Source of the DNA: an uncultured Bacteroidota bacterium
GTDB taxonomy: Bacteria; Bacteroidota; Bacteroidia; Bacteroidales; JAAUTT01
Reading direction: 5' to 3'
DNA: 64,000 nt
Assembly: GCA_963846585.1 (NCBI GenBank)
Contig: CAWJWO010000018.1
Location: 427,759 to 491,758 of the forward strand
Below the pieces are notes generated by a model. It was not told the origin of the DNA, searched no databases, and worked only from the letters and a program-made list of their open reading frames with translations. The position numbers and the translations under genes are program-made. Of the stretch, positions 36,411 through 45,574 are shown piece after piece; position 1 is the first letter of the stretch; every line of letters begins with the position of its first letter.

Positions 36411-37550
36411 ATGTCCATAAACGATTACATAACTTATTGGGATGATAAGGCTGAAATTATGACATTCAAAGGTACTATAGTTACTAAAAATATAACATTC
36501 CTGGATAACAGCCATATATATTTTACAAAAAACAAATATTCAGTTGCTATTTTAGGTATTCCTGATTTCGAAAATGAAACTTCATTTAATTGTGCATTGC
36601 TCCTAAGAGATAGTTTATACAAGCTGGTGGAAATCTCAAAAAGTTTGAAAATAATTGATTTAGGGAATATTAAATGTGGCAATAACTTCAATGATACTTG
36701 CATAAATATAAGCAAGGTAGTAATTGAAATGAATAAACTTAATATAACTGTAATTATACTGGGAGGCTCATCTAAATTTCATTGGGGTTTTATACTTGCA
36801 AATCAAAAAAATAATATTCCTGTTAATCTGGTCAGTATAGATGCTGAAATTAATCCTGATATTTTTGCTCCCTCTTATATCAACGATTTTGCCGATCATA
36901 ACGATCGTCCTTCATTGTATAATTTTACCAACATTGGTTTTCAAAGTTACCTCGTGGAAAGAAAAACTGTTGATATGATTGATGACCTTCATTTTGAAGC
37001 TTACCGTCTGGGTAATTTACGTACCAATATTGATGAAATGGAGCCGGTTCTCAGGGATTCAAACTTATTGAATTTTAGTCTTAATGCCGTTAAATATTCT
37101 GATTCTCCCGGGTCAGCAGTTAATTATCCAAACGGGTTAACAGGAGATGAGGCGTGTCAGCTTTCTTTTTTTGCCGGGCATAGTAATTATATCTCAGCTT
37201 TTGGATTATATGATTTAAATCATAAACAGGACCCATTATCAATTTCATCAAAACTTGGTGCCCAGATTATATGGTATTTTTTAGAAGGTTTTGCAAATCG
37301 TATATTTGAAGAACCTGATATTACATCGGAAAATTTTACAAAATATATAATTCATAATAGCAAAACGAATATGAATTTATCTTTTTACAAAAGTAATCTT
37401 ACCGGCAGATGGTGGATGGAAATTACAAATGAAAAATTAAAAAGGAATATTCTAATATCCTGTTCTGATACAGATTATCAACAGGCATGCAGGCAGGAAA
37501 TTCCTGAACGGTGGTGGCTTGCCTGTTTACGTCAAAATAAAATGATCTAA
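36411..37550 (+). CDS. Arginase/formimidoylglutamase-fold family protein with degenerate metal-ligand motifs
   Basis: 379 aa. It can be aligned by eye to ureohydrolase blocks, but GGSSKF replaces GGDHS/GGGHE, IDAEIN replaces DAHxD, and SLNAVKYSDSPG replaces S(I/F)DxDxxDP. Confidence 0.5.
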   Translation: MSINDYITYWDDKAEIMTFKGTIVTKNITFLDNSHIYFTKNKYSVAILGIPDFENETSFNCALLLRDSLYKLVEISKSLKIIDLGNIKCGNNFNDTCINISKVVIEMNKLNITVIILGGSSKFHWGFILANQKNNIPVNLVSIDAEINPDIFAPSYINDFADHNDRPSLYNFTNIGFQSYLVERKTVDMIDDLHFEAYRLGNLRTNIDEMEPVLRDSNLLNFSLNAVKYSDSPGSAVNYPNGLTGDEACQLSFFAGHSNYISAFGLYDLNHKQDPLSISSKLGAQIIWYFLEGFANRIFEEPDITSENFTKYIIHNSKTNMNLSFYKSNLTGRWWMEITNEKLKRNILISCSDTDYQQACRQEIPERWWLACLRQNKMI

Positions 37551-37636
37551 CAAGGTAACCTTAATCAACGTTTAAAAGTATACATTACCAAATAATAATA
37601 AGGGTAGAACAATAAACGATAAACAATATATGTTTA

Positions 37637-37644
37637 TATATTTG
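37637..37644 (+). promoter_or_regulatory. Candidate -7 box (TATATTTG) upstream of porP-gldKLMN
   Basis: Matches TAnnTTTG 64 nt upstream of the porP ATG. No convincing -33 element found. Confidence 0.3.
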
Positions 37645-37707
37645 TAGAGAATGCATATTTTTATTTACTTTACTACCTTATTGATTAAATGAGGTAAGGA
37701 ATCGTTT

Positions 37708-38640
37708 ATGATCAGGTTTTTATTGGTTATCCCCTTAACATTTTTTTTTGGTATGGCTCTTGCCCAACAAGATCCACAATTTAGTCAATATATGTTTAAT
37801 AATATGTCAATAAACCCGGGTTTTGCAGGCAGTAAAGATGCTGTTAATGTGACTCTTTTTAACCGCAACCAATGGTTGGGATTTCCAGGCGCTCCTACTA
37901 CTTCACTTTTTACTGCAAGCGTTCCCTTAAAACCATTTAATATAAGCAGTGGCTTAGGCCTTACTGCCAGTACCGATGCTATTGGATTTCAAACCACAAA
38001 TAATGTTAGTGTTTCCTATTCCTATATAGCCACTGTAAGGAACGGTGATGCTAAGTTAGGTATTGGAATTAGTATAGGCTTTTTAACCAGCGCTTTTAAC
38101 CCAAAGTACATTACTTATAATGGTGAACAACTTCCAATTACTGTGCCCGGAGAAACCTCAAGCGATAACGCAAAAACATATGATATTGGATTAGGGGGTT
38201 ATTACCATTCAGAAAATTTATACCTTGGGGTTTCTACTACACACCTTACCCAATCTACATACCATTATCTTTTAGGTGCAAACTTATCATTAACAAGAAA
38301 TTATTATATAACTACGGGTTACAATCTTGCCTTACAGAATCCGGCATTCGAGTATCAACCCTCGGCAATTGTGAGGTTCGACGGAACCTCATCATCTGTA
38401 GATTTAAGTTCGCTTATTTTATACAATAAAAAATTTTGGGGCGGACTGTCGTACAGGTGGAATGCAGCAATTGTTTTAATCCTTGGCATGGAATTACCTA
38501 ATGGCCTTCGAATTGGTTATTCTTATGATTATACGCTTAATGGCCTGAATGCAAGTACACATGAAATTATGCTAAGCTATAATTTCAGCCTTGTAAAGGA
38601 AAAAATTTTACATAAATATAGAAGTGTACGTTTTTTATAA
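37708..38640 (+). CDS. porP: T9SS outer-membrane protein PorP/SprF family
   Basis: 310 aa. Signal peptide followed by AQQDPQFSQYMFNNMSINPGFAGS, the hallmark PorP/SprF N-terminus. Beta-barrel-like alternating pattern. Positioned upstream of gldKLMN, as in the P. gingivalis porPKLMN locus. Confidence 0.85.
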   Translation: MIRFLLVIPLTFFFGMALAQQDPQFSQYMFNNMSINPGFAGSKDAVNVTLFNRNQWLGFPGAPTTSLFTASVPLKPFNISSGLGLTASTDAIGFQTTNNVSVSYSYIATVRNGDAKLGIGISIGFLTSAFNPKYITYNGEQLPITVPGETSSDNAKTYDIGLGGYYHSENLYLGVSTTHLTQSTYHYLLGANLSLTRNYYITTGYNLALQNPAFEYQPSAIVRFDGTSSSVDLSSLILYNKKFWGGLSYRWNAAIVLILGMELPNGLRIGYSYDYTLNGLNASTHEIMLSYNFSLVKEKILHKYRSVRFL

Positions 38641-38725
38641 AAATTTTATTAACTTTAATTACTAAAATATTCAATTTTACAAAACATAGAAACTTAATAA
38701 GATTACAAATAAATACCTCTTTCTT

Positions 38726-40066
38726 ATGAAAAAAATGCTGGTAATAAGTTTAGTACTTGCGGCACTTAGTGGAAGTTGCGGGAAAGGCACCGGTGAAGGT
38801 GAACTGACTGGTGTTAAGGGAAGGCCAAAATATTTTGAACCCGATCCATTCGGAATGGTTTTCATTCCACAGGGAAGTTTTAACATGGGTCCTAGTGATC
38901 AGGATGTGTCATGGGCACAAAATATTACATCGAAGACAGTTTCTGTTGATGCTTTCTGGATGGATGAATCTGAAATGACAAACAATAAATATCGCCAGTT
39001 TGTTTATTGGGTCCGGGATTCAATTATGAGAAGAATGCTTGGCGAATCGCAGGAAGACTTTCTCATTAAAGAAGATGAAAATGGCAATCCGATTGACCCG
39101 CCTATGATTAACTGGAAAACTAAAATTGACTTTAAGGATGAAGAAACCAACGAAGTGCTTAAAGATATTTATCTCCCTGTAAATGAACGTTTTTATTTCA
39201 GGAAAGAAATAGATACAAGGAAACTCATGTATGAATATTTTTGGGTTGATTTACAACAGGCTGCCAAAAAAAGCAACCGTTATAATTTCAATAAAAAACA
39301 ATACGAAGGAGTGGCATTTAATGTAGCAGGGGAACAGGTTAAGGTTCAGGACAGGACTCCATTCATTATGCGTGATGTGGTTAATGTTTATCCAGATACA
39401 TTATGCTGGGTTTCCGACTTTACCTATTCATACAACGAACCTATGTCAAACATGTATTTCTGGCATCCTGCCTATGACAATTACCCTGTTGTAGGGGTTA
39501 ACTGGAAACAAGCTACCGCATTTTGTATTTGGAGAACACAATTATTAAATGCCAGTTTGCATAAATCCGGAGAACCTGGTGTCCACGAATACCGTCTTCC
39601 TTTGGAATCGGAATGGGAATATGCAGCCCGTGGCGGATTGGAAAATTCCATGTATCCGTGGGGAGGAATGTACACCCGGAACAAACAGGGATGCTTCCTT
39701 GCAAATTTCAAACCTATGCGGGGTAATTACATTGACGATGGCGGATTTACAACCATGCGTGTTGGTTCCTACGAACCTAATGAATTCGGACTTTACGATA
39801 TGGCAGGCAACGTTTCCGAATGGTGTGCAAATGCATATGACGAATCAGCTTATAATTTCATGCACGATTTAAATCCTGATTATAAATATAATGCACGGCC
39901 CGATGACCCACCTTCAATGAAACGTAAGGTAGTTCGCGGTGGATCGTGGAAAGATATTGCTTATTATCTCCAGGTTGGTACAAGAACTTACGAATATCAG
40001 GATACTTCCAAATCATATATTGGATTTAGATGTGTTCGGTCGTATCTTGGAGGCAACTCTAAATAG
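38726..40066 (+). CDS. gldK: Gliding motility / T9SS lipoprotein GldK (PorK)
   Basis: 446 aa. Lipobox LSGSC, GELTGVKGRPKYFEPDPFGMVFIPQGSFNMG, and the FGE/SUMF1-like C-terminal region RGGSW. Confidence 0.95.
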   Translation: MKKMLVISLVLAALSGSCGKGTGEGELTGVKGRPKYFEPDPFGMVFIPQGSFNMGPSDQDVSWAQNITSKTVSVDAFWMDESEMTNNKYRQFVYWVRDSIMRRMLGESQEDFLIKEDENGNPIDPPMINWKTKIDFKDEETNEVLKDIYLPVNERFYFRKEIDTRKLMYEYFWVDLQQAAKKSNRYNFNKKQYEGVAFNVAGEQVKVQDRTPFIMRDVVNVYPDTLCWVSDFTYSYNEPMSNMYFWHPAYDNYPVVGVNWKQATAFCIWRTQLLNASLHKSGEPGVHEYRLPLESEWEYAARGGLENSMYPWGGMYTRNKQGCFLANFKPMRGNYIDDGGFTTMRVGSYEPNEFGLYDMAGNVSEWCANAYDESAYNFMHDLNPDYKYNARPDDPPSMKRKVVRGGSWKDIAYYLQVGTRTYEYQDTSKSYIGFRCVRSYLGGNSK

Positions 40067-40186
40067 TGCCTTTAAGAAACTGTCAATTTCTGCGTTAGGC
40101 TCATCATCAAAATGCTCATTTACTATCAGTAAACTCCGCTTTTGATGATTTCGCAAGCCTTGAACTTGACAGTTTCTTTAATGTCA
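40066..40186 (+). repeat. Nested-hairpin repeat, copy D (subfamily 2) in the gldK-gldL gap
   Basis: Outer stem GTGCCTTTAAGAAACTGTCAA / TTGACAGTTTCTTTAATGTCAC. Inner stem TCATCATCAAAA / TTTTGATGA. Core GCTCATTTAC-TATCA-GTAAACTCC. The flanks GCGTTAGGCTC and TTCGCAAGCCT match the reverse complement of copy C. It starts on the last base of the gldK stop. Confidence 0.9.
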
Positions 40187-40207
40187 CTCAATTATAATAA
40201 TTGTAAT

Positions 40208-40229
40208 AAAACGCCAAATTTGGCGTTTT
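40208..40229 (+). terminator. Perfect 22-nt palindrome AAAACGCCAAATTTGGCGTTTT (possible terminator/attenuator)
   Basis: Perfect inverted repeat ending in TTTT, located between gldK and gldL, 70 nt upstream of the gldL ATG. Confidence 0.4.
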
Positions 40230-40298
40230 CCTTGTGAGATATAAATGATTATTTTAATATTTAAAATATAATTTCTTTCAGTAATATATTTATTTAGT

Positions 40299-41177
40299 AT
40301 GAATATTTCCGAAATAGTTCAAAGTTCTGGCTGGAAAAATTTTATGGCCAAGTTATATGGCTTTGGTGCTTCTGTTGTTATTATAGGTGCATTATTTAAA
40401 ATCCAGCACTGGACAGGGGCTGGTTTAATGATTACATTAGGCTTATGTACAGAGTCGATAATTTTCTTTTTCTCGGCATTTGAACCGCTTCACGAAGAAC
40501 TGGACTGGACCCTCGTTTATCCGGAACTTGCAGGGATGACCGATCCTGATGAAATAGAAAACATTAAAGAAGCCGGAAAACTTGGGCATGCTACTCTTGA
40601 CAGGTTTGAAGACTTAGTCCAGGATGCAAATATAGGGCCTGAAACCTTTCGAAAACTTGGCGATTCCCTTCAAAAGCTGAATTCTACCTCATCGAACCTT
40701 ACTGATATTACACAGGCTACAGTTGCTACTTCCCAGTATGCGGAAAATATGAAAAATGCCGCTACTACAGTTGGTTCCATGTCAGATACCTTTACTCAAT
40801 CAACGGCAGCATTACAGAACTCTGTGGGTAATTTATCCAATTCGTATTCCAGGCTTTCTGCCAGTGTAGAATCCGATCTGCCCCTAATATCAGAAGGATC
40901 AAAAAATTATAATTCACAACTTGGAAGCTTAAATAAAAACTTATCAGCCTTAAATGCTGTTTACGAGTTACAGTTGCGCGATTCAAATACGCAAATTAAA
41001 GAAACACAAACTATTTACGCAAATTTTAATAATTTGATTCAAGATATAAAACATTCAGCAGAGGAAACACAAAAATACCGGGATGAAATATCGAATCTGA
41101 GCAAAAACTTGGCTTCGCTTAATAACATCTATGGTAATATGTTGACAGCCATGAATGTAGTAACTGGTAAAAAATAA
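40299..41177 (+). CDS. gldL: Gliding motility / T9SS motor protein GldL (PorL)
   Basis: 292 aa. Two N-terminal TM helices with the conserved LYGFGASVVIIGALFKIQHW and TESIIFFFSAFEP (conserved Glu). Coiled C-terminal region. Confidence 0.95.
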   Translation: MNISEIVQSSGWKNFMAKLYGFGASVVIIGALFKIQHWTGAGLMITLGLCTESIIFFFSAFEPLHEELDWTLVYPELAGMTDPDEIENIKEAGKLGHATLDRFEDLVQDANIGPETFRKLGDSLQKLNSTSSNLTDITQATVATSQYAENMKNAATTVGSMSDTFTQSTAALQNSVGNLSNSYSRLSASVESDLPLISEGSKNYNSQLGSLNKNLSALNAVYELQLRDSNTQIKETQTIYANFNNLIQDIKHSAEETQKYRDEISNLSKNLASLNNIYGNMLTAMNVVTGKK

Positions 41178-41201
41178 GTTGCGTTAGAAAGTTAAAAAAC
41201 T

Positions 41202-42827
41202 ATGGCTCACGGAAAAGAAACCCCTAGACAAAAAATGATAGGGATGATGTATTTGGTGCTGACGGCATTGTTAGCATTAAATGTATCTAAAGATATACTT
41301 AACGCCTTTGTATTGGTTGACAATAGCTTAACAGTTGCTACTGAAAATTTTTCACAAAAAAATAAACTTATTTATGAAGAGTTTGACAAGGCAGCTGCTC
41401 AGGTAAATAAAGCCAAAAAATGGAATGCTATGGCTAAAACAGTTCGCAAAGAATCTGATAGTTTATATAATTATATTAGTTCTGTAAAAGTAAGGCTTGT
41501 AAAATTAGTGGATGGCAACAAAGCTGAGGCTGTTGAAAATGGTAAAATTTTACCTATGAAAATAGGTGCTAAAGATAATATGGATAAAACTGCTAATCTT
41601 ATGGTTGGCAGCGATAATAACGGTGAAGCAAAGATACTAAAAGCAAAAATTATCGCTTTCAGGGAAAATTTATTAAAAATGGTAGTGGATAAAAAGGATG
41701 TTGGTTTGATAAATTCAATTAAGAAAAATTTAAATACCGACCATCCTCCCCGTGAAGAAGGAGGTGCACCGGAATCCTGGGAAACTTACAACTTCGAACA
41801 CAGGCCTTTAATTGCCGCTACAACTATTTTGTCTACTATGCAAAGCAATATCAGAAGTGCCGAATCGGAAATTACCACATACCTTTACAATAAAATTGAG
41901 GCCGGTTCCACCAAGTTTAATAAACTTGAAGGAATTATTATGCCTAACTCTAATTATATTTTAAAAGGCAATGAATATCACGCAGAAGTCTTTCTTGCTG
42001 CTACTGATACAACTCAAAATCCTGTTATTACTGTTGGTCAGGTTAAAGAAATTACCCTGCCTGACGGATCAAAAGATTATGAAATGGTGGGTCCCAGTGA
42101 AACTTTGCCAATAAATGAACATGGGCACGGTGTATATAAACGACCTGGCGGGGCAATTGGCAATATGAAATGGGGAGGTATTATTCAATTAAGCCGTTCG
42201 GACGGTACCAAGATAAGAACACGTTTTAGTTCTGAATACCAGGTAGCTGAAGCAGCTACGGTTATCTCCCCTACTAAAATGAACGTATTTTATATCGGGG
42301 TTGACAATCCTGTAGATGTATCAGTTCCAGGGGTCCCGGGAGATAAAGTTTTCCCTTCAATTAACAACGGGGTAATGATTCCAAGTGGAAAATCATCCTG
42401 GATAGTACGTCCCAGATCTGAAGGTAAAGCAACTGTATCAGTTCAGGCAGAATTTGACAAGAAAAAAAAAGACATGGGTTCAATGGTCTTCCGTGTTAAA
42501 GGAATACCCGATCCGGTAGCTAAAGTTGCCAATAAAAAAGGAGGTCTCATCGACCGGAATACTTTGGCTGCTCAGTCTGTTGTATTGGCCGAACTTGAAG
42601 GTTTTGATTTTGATGCCCCTTTTAAGGTGATTGAATTTACGGTTTCAGCAACTATTAGAGGATTTGTGCGAGACGAAACAGTTAAATCCAATAAAATAAC
42701 CGATGCCCAGCGGGACATTATTTCCGGTGCAAGCAAAGGCCAGAGAATATATTTTACTGATATAAAAGCGGTCGGGCCTGATGGCAGACCGAGGGAATTG
42801 CCAACAGTGTATTTTAAAATTCAATAA
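41202..42827 (+). CDS. gldM: Gliding motility / T9SS protein GldM (PorM)
   Basis: 541 aa. The N-terminus PRQKMIGMMYLVLTALLALNVS is the GldM signature TM segment. Long periplasmic domains follow. Confidence 0.95.
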   Translation: MAHGKETPRQKMIGMMYLVLTALLALNVSKDILNAFVLVDNSLTVATENFSQKNKLIYEEFDKAAAQVNKAKKWNAMAKTVRKESDSLYNYISSVKVRLVKLVDGNKAEAVENGKILPMKIGAKDNMDKTANLMVGSDNNGEAKILKAKIIAFRENLLKMVVDKKDVGLINSIKKNLNTDHPPREEGGAPESWETYNFEHRPLIAATTILSTMQSNIRSAESEITTYLYNKIEAGSTKFNKLEGIIMPNSNYILKGNEYHAEVFLAATDTTQNPVITVGQVKEITLPDGSKDYEMVGPSETLPINEHGHGVYKRPGGAIGNMKWGGIIQLSRSDGTKIRTRFSSEYQVAEAATVISPTKMNVFYIGVDNPVDVSVPGVPGDKVFPSINNGVMIPSGKSSWIVRPRSEGKATVSVQAEFDKKKKDMGSMVFRVKGIPDPVAKVANKKGGLIDRNTLAAQSVVLAELEGFDFDAPFKVIEFTVSATIRGFVRDETVKSNKITDAQRDIISGASKGQRIYFTDIKAVGPDGRPRELPTVYFKIQ

Positions 42828-42844
42828 TCTAAAACATAAAAGCC

Positions 42845-43720
42845 ATGCGTACCTTTTCTGTAGTTACAATTGCATTGATTATGATGTTCCTGTCATCCGG
42901 CAGTACTATTTTTGCCCAGGACACCAAAACTGAGGTTTATGAAAAAATACATATACCCCATAAAAAGCCAATTCCTTATCCATATACCAGGGAAGCCGAT
43001 GTGATGTGGTCCAAGACCATCTGGAGAATGTTAGATTTGAGGGAAAAAATGAACCTTCCTCTTTTCTATCCTTCCAAACCTATAGGAGAACGGATGAGCC
43101 TGGTTAGTCTTCTTTTTTATGGCATTGATAATGAAGGGTTACAAGCTTATGATCCCTATAAGGATGTAGATGAATTTAAAATACCAATGTCAAAAGAAGA
43201 TCTCGAAAAACAAATGGATAACGTTGCAAGAGATGTTCAGGTAGCGGATACTACAGGTCAAATGGTGACAAAACATGTTGCCGGTGAACGTAAAATGGAC
43301 CAAATCAAAAAAATTCTTATAAAAGAAAAATGGTTCTTCGATAAAAATTATTCAACCATGCAGGTTCGTATCCTGGGTCTGTGCCCTATACGGGTATATC
43401 CAAGGGAAATAAAAGGGGCTGTAAATCCGGATGAAGAAAATGCCGAAATGTTGCTTAAAGAAGTATGCTGGATTTATTACCCTGAAGCAAGAAATTTATT
43501 AGCTTCTCATGCCGTATATAATAAATTTAACGATGCACAGCAGGCTTCTTTTGACGATTTATTTGTTCAACGCCGTTTTGCCAGTTACATATATGCAGAA
43601 TCCAACGTATATGATAACAGAAGAGTTGAAGAATATACAACAGGATTGGAAACGCTTCTGGAAGCTGACCGCATCAAGGAATCGCTATCCAATATTGAAC
43701 AAGACCTGTGGGAATACTAG
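42845..43720 (+). CDS. gldN: Gliding motility / T9SS periplasmic ring protein GldN (PorN)
   Basis: 291 aa. Signal peptide and the typical GldN stretch READVMWSKTIWRMLDLREKMN. It is the last gene of the gldKLMN cluster. Confidence 0.9.
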   Translation: MRTFSVVTIALIMMFLSSGSTIFAQDTKTEVYEKIHIPHKKPIPYPYTREADVMWSKTIWRMLDLREKMNLPLFYPSKPIGERMSLVSLLFYGIDNEGLQAYDPYKDVDEFKIPMSKEDLEKQMDNVARDVQVADTTGQMVTKHVAGERKMDQIKKILIKEKWFFDKNYSTMQVRILGLCPIRVYPREIKGAVNPDEENAEMLLKEVCWIYYPEARNLLASHAVYNKFNDAQQASFDDLFVQRRFASYIYAESNVYDNRRVEEYTTGLETLLEADRIKESLSNIEQDLWEY

Positions 43721-43810
43721 AGAAGACAGAGGTCAGAATTCAGAAGTCAGAAGTCAGAAGACAGATAAAAGATAAAAGATGTAAAAATCAATAGTCAATT
43801 GTCAATATTC
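43721..43810. repeat. Word array R19
   Basis: AGAAGACAGAGG, CAGAAKT 7-mers x4, GATAAAA units, and CAATAGTCAATTGTCAATATTCAATA, directly after the gldN stop. Confidence 0.85.
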
Positions 43811-43813
43811 AAT

Positions 43814-43848
43814 AAAAAAGGTGTTTCTTAAGTGGAACACCTTTTTTT
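43814..43848 (+). terminator. Rho-independent terminator after gldN
   Basis: A-tract, stem AGGTGTTTC / GGAACACCT with a 6-nt loop, then a T7 run. Confidence 0.7.
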
Positions 43849-43874
43849 ATGAGTACAATACATAATATTACCTT

Positions 43875-45374
43875 ATGAACAACATAATATTTGGAATTTT
43901 TACAATTATCATTTGTACAGTTGGTTATATATTTTCATGGAGCCAATGTAAAAAAGATAATTACAACATAGCTATCTTATTTCTTTTACTCTGCGGACTT
44001 GTACTTCGTATTTATACATCAACAGATTTTTTTCTTCACTGTTGGGATGAACGATATCATGCGCTTGTCGCTAAACACTTGATAAGTCACCCTTTAGTTC
44101 CTACACTTTACAATAACCCTATTCTTGGTTTTAATTATAAATGTTGGGTTGGAAATAATATTTGGTTACACAAACAACCTTTACCATTGTGGACAATGGC
44201 TTTAAGTATGTGGTTATTTGGAATAAATGAAATTGCATTACGCCTCCCATCGATTATATTATCAACTATTGGAATTTGGCTTACATATTATATTGGCAGT
44301 TATTTTTTTAATAAAAAGGTGGGCTATTTAGCAGCATTTTTATTTTCTATCAATGGATTAATAATTGAATTAACAGGTGGTAGGGTTGCGACAGACCATT
44401 TTGATATTTTCTTCTTATTTTTTATTGAATTAGCTGTTGTTTTTAGCATATTATTCGCACAAAAAAAGAACGTAATTTATAATATATTATCAGGAATTAG
44501 TATTGGTTCTGCAATATTATGTAAGTGGATGCCTGCTTTAATTGTACTTCCAATTTGGCTCCTGATTGTAAATGATTCCGGAAATTTTAAAATAAAAACT
44601 ATTCTGATTCAATTCATTATTTTATTGGTCACATGTTTTGTAGTTTTCTTACCATGGCAACTTTATATTTATAACACATTCCCTATTGAAGCGAATTGGG
44701 AGGCACAATTTAATTTAAAACATATTACGGAAATAGTTGAAGGGCGAACAGGACCTTTTTATTATTTTTTGAATGTAATAAGGATAAACTATGGCGAATT
44801 GATCTATTTACCTATTCTTTGGTTTATATGGAGAACATTTAAAAATATTGAGAATAAAAAAAGATTAGCAATACTAATTTGGTTTATTGTACCTTTTATT
44901 TTTTTCTCATTTGCAAAGACAAAAATGCAAGCTTATATATTGTTTACATGTCCGGCATTATTTTTAATAACAGCTGAATTTTATTTTATGCTTTCTAACT
45001 ATAAAATAAATCGTAATTATAAATGGTTTTACAATTTGATTTTGTGGTTATTAATTTTATTACCAATAAGATATGCAATTGAAAGAGCAAAACCTTTTGA
45101 AATGATGGATAGAAACCCTCAATGGGTGAAGGATTTAAAACAATTAAGAACTATGAATATTAATAAAGGTGTTCTTTTTAACTACAATAACCCTATTGAA
45201 GCAATGTTTTACACAAACCTTGTTGTTTATCCATATATCCCAGATAAAAACATAATTACAAATATACAACAAAAAGGGTATAATGTAATTATCAACAACA
45301 ATGAATACATCCCTGAAGATATTAAATCTCTTAAAGGTATTATAACTGTATATTTAACTGACGCTAATAATTGA
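43875..45374 (+). CDS. GT-C fold glycosyltransferase, family 39 / ArnT-PMT_2-like membrane protein
   Basis: 499 aa with more than 10 predicted TM helices. The first-loop acidic motif WDERYHALVAKHL (DE motif) and overall layout match 4-amino-4-deoxy-L-arabinose/mannosyl transferases. Confidence 0.7.
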   Translation: MNNIIFGIFTIIICTVGYIFSWSQCKKDNYNIAILFLLLCGLVLRIYTSTDFFLHCWDERYHALVAKHLISHPLVPTLYNNPILGFNYKCWVGNNIWLHKQPLPLWTMALSMWLFGINEIALRLPSIILSTIGIWLTYYIGSYFFNKKVGYLAAFLFSINGLIIELTGGRVATDHFDIFFLFFIELAVVFSILFAQKKNVIYNILSGISIGSAILCKWMPALIVLPIWLLIVNDSGNFKIKTILIQFIILLVTCFVVFLPWQLYIYNTFPIEANWEAQFNLKHITEIVEGRTGPFYYFLNVIRINYGELIYLPILWFIWRTFKNIENKKRLAILIWFIVPFIFFSFAKTKMQAYILFTCPALFLITAEFYFMLSNYKINRNYKWFYNLILWLLILLPIRYAIERAKPFEMMDRNPQWVKDLKQLRTMNINKGVLFNYNNPIEAMFYTNLVVYPYIPDKNIITNIQQKGYNVIINNNEYIPEDIKSLKGIITVYLTDANN

Positions 45375-45384
45375 CCAATCATCA

Positions 45385-45546
45385 GAGATTCCTCCCTGCG
45401 GTCGGAATGACGACCCACTGTATAGTGGTGTAGGAGGAAGAGAAAGCGGCAAAGCCGCTTTCTCTTCCTCACCTTCTCTTCCCGAAACCAACTGTCATTT
45501 CGAGCGCAGCGAGAAATCTCAAAATAACGGCTATGCCCTTCAGGGC
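45385..45546. repeat. Relatively GC-rich structured block between convergent genes
   Basis: GAGATTCCTCCCTGCGGTCGGAATGAC (45385-45411) faces the related, inverted GTCATTTCGAGCGCAGCGAGAAATCTC (45494-45520). Between them is a perfect 16-bp stem hairpin AGGAAGAGAAAGCGGC-AAA-GCCGCTTTCTCTTCCT (45435-45469). GCCCTTCAGGGC follows (45535-45546). Confidence 0.85.
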
Positions 45547-45574
45547 TTTAAATCCTGATTCGACAAATATTTAT

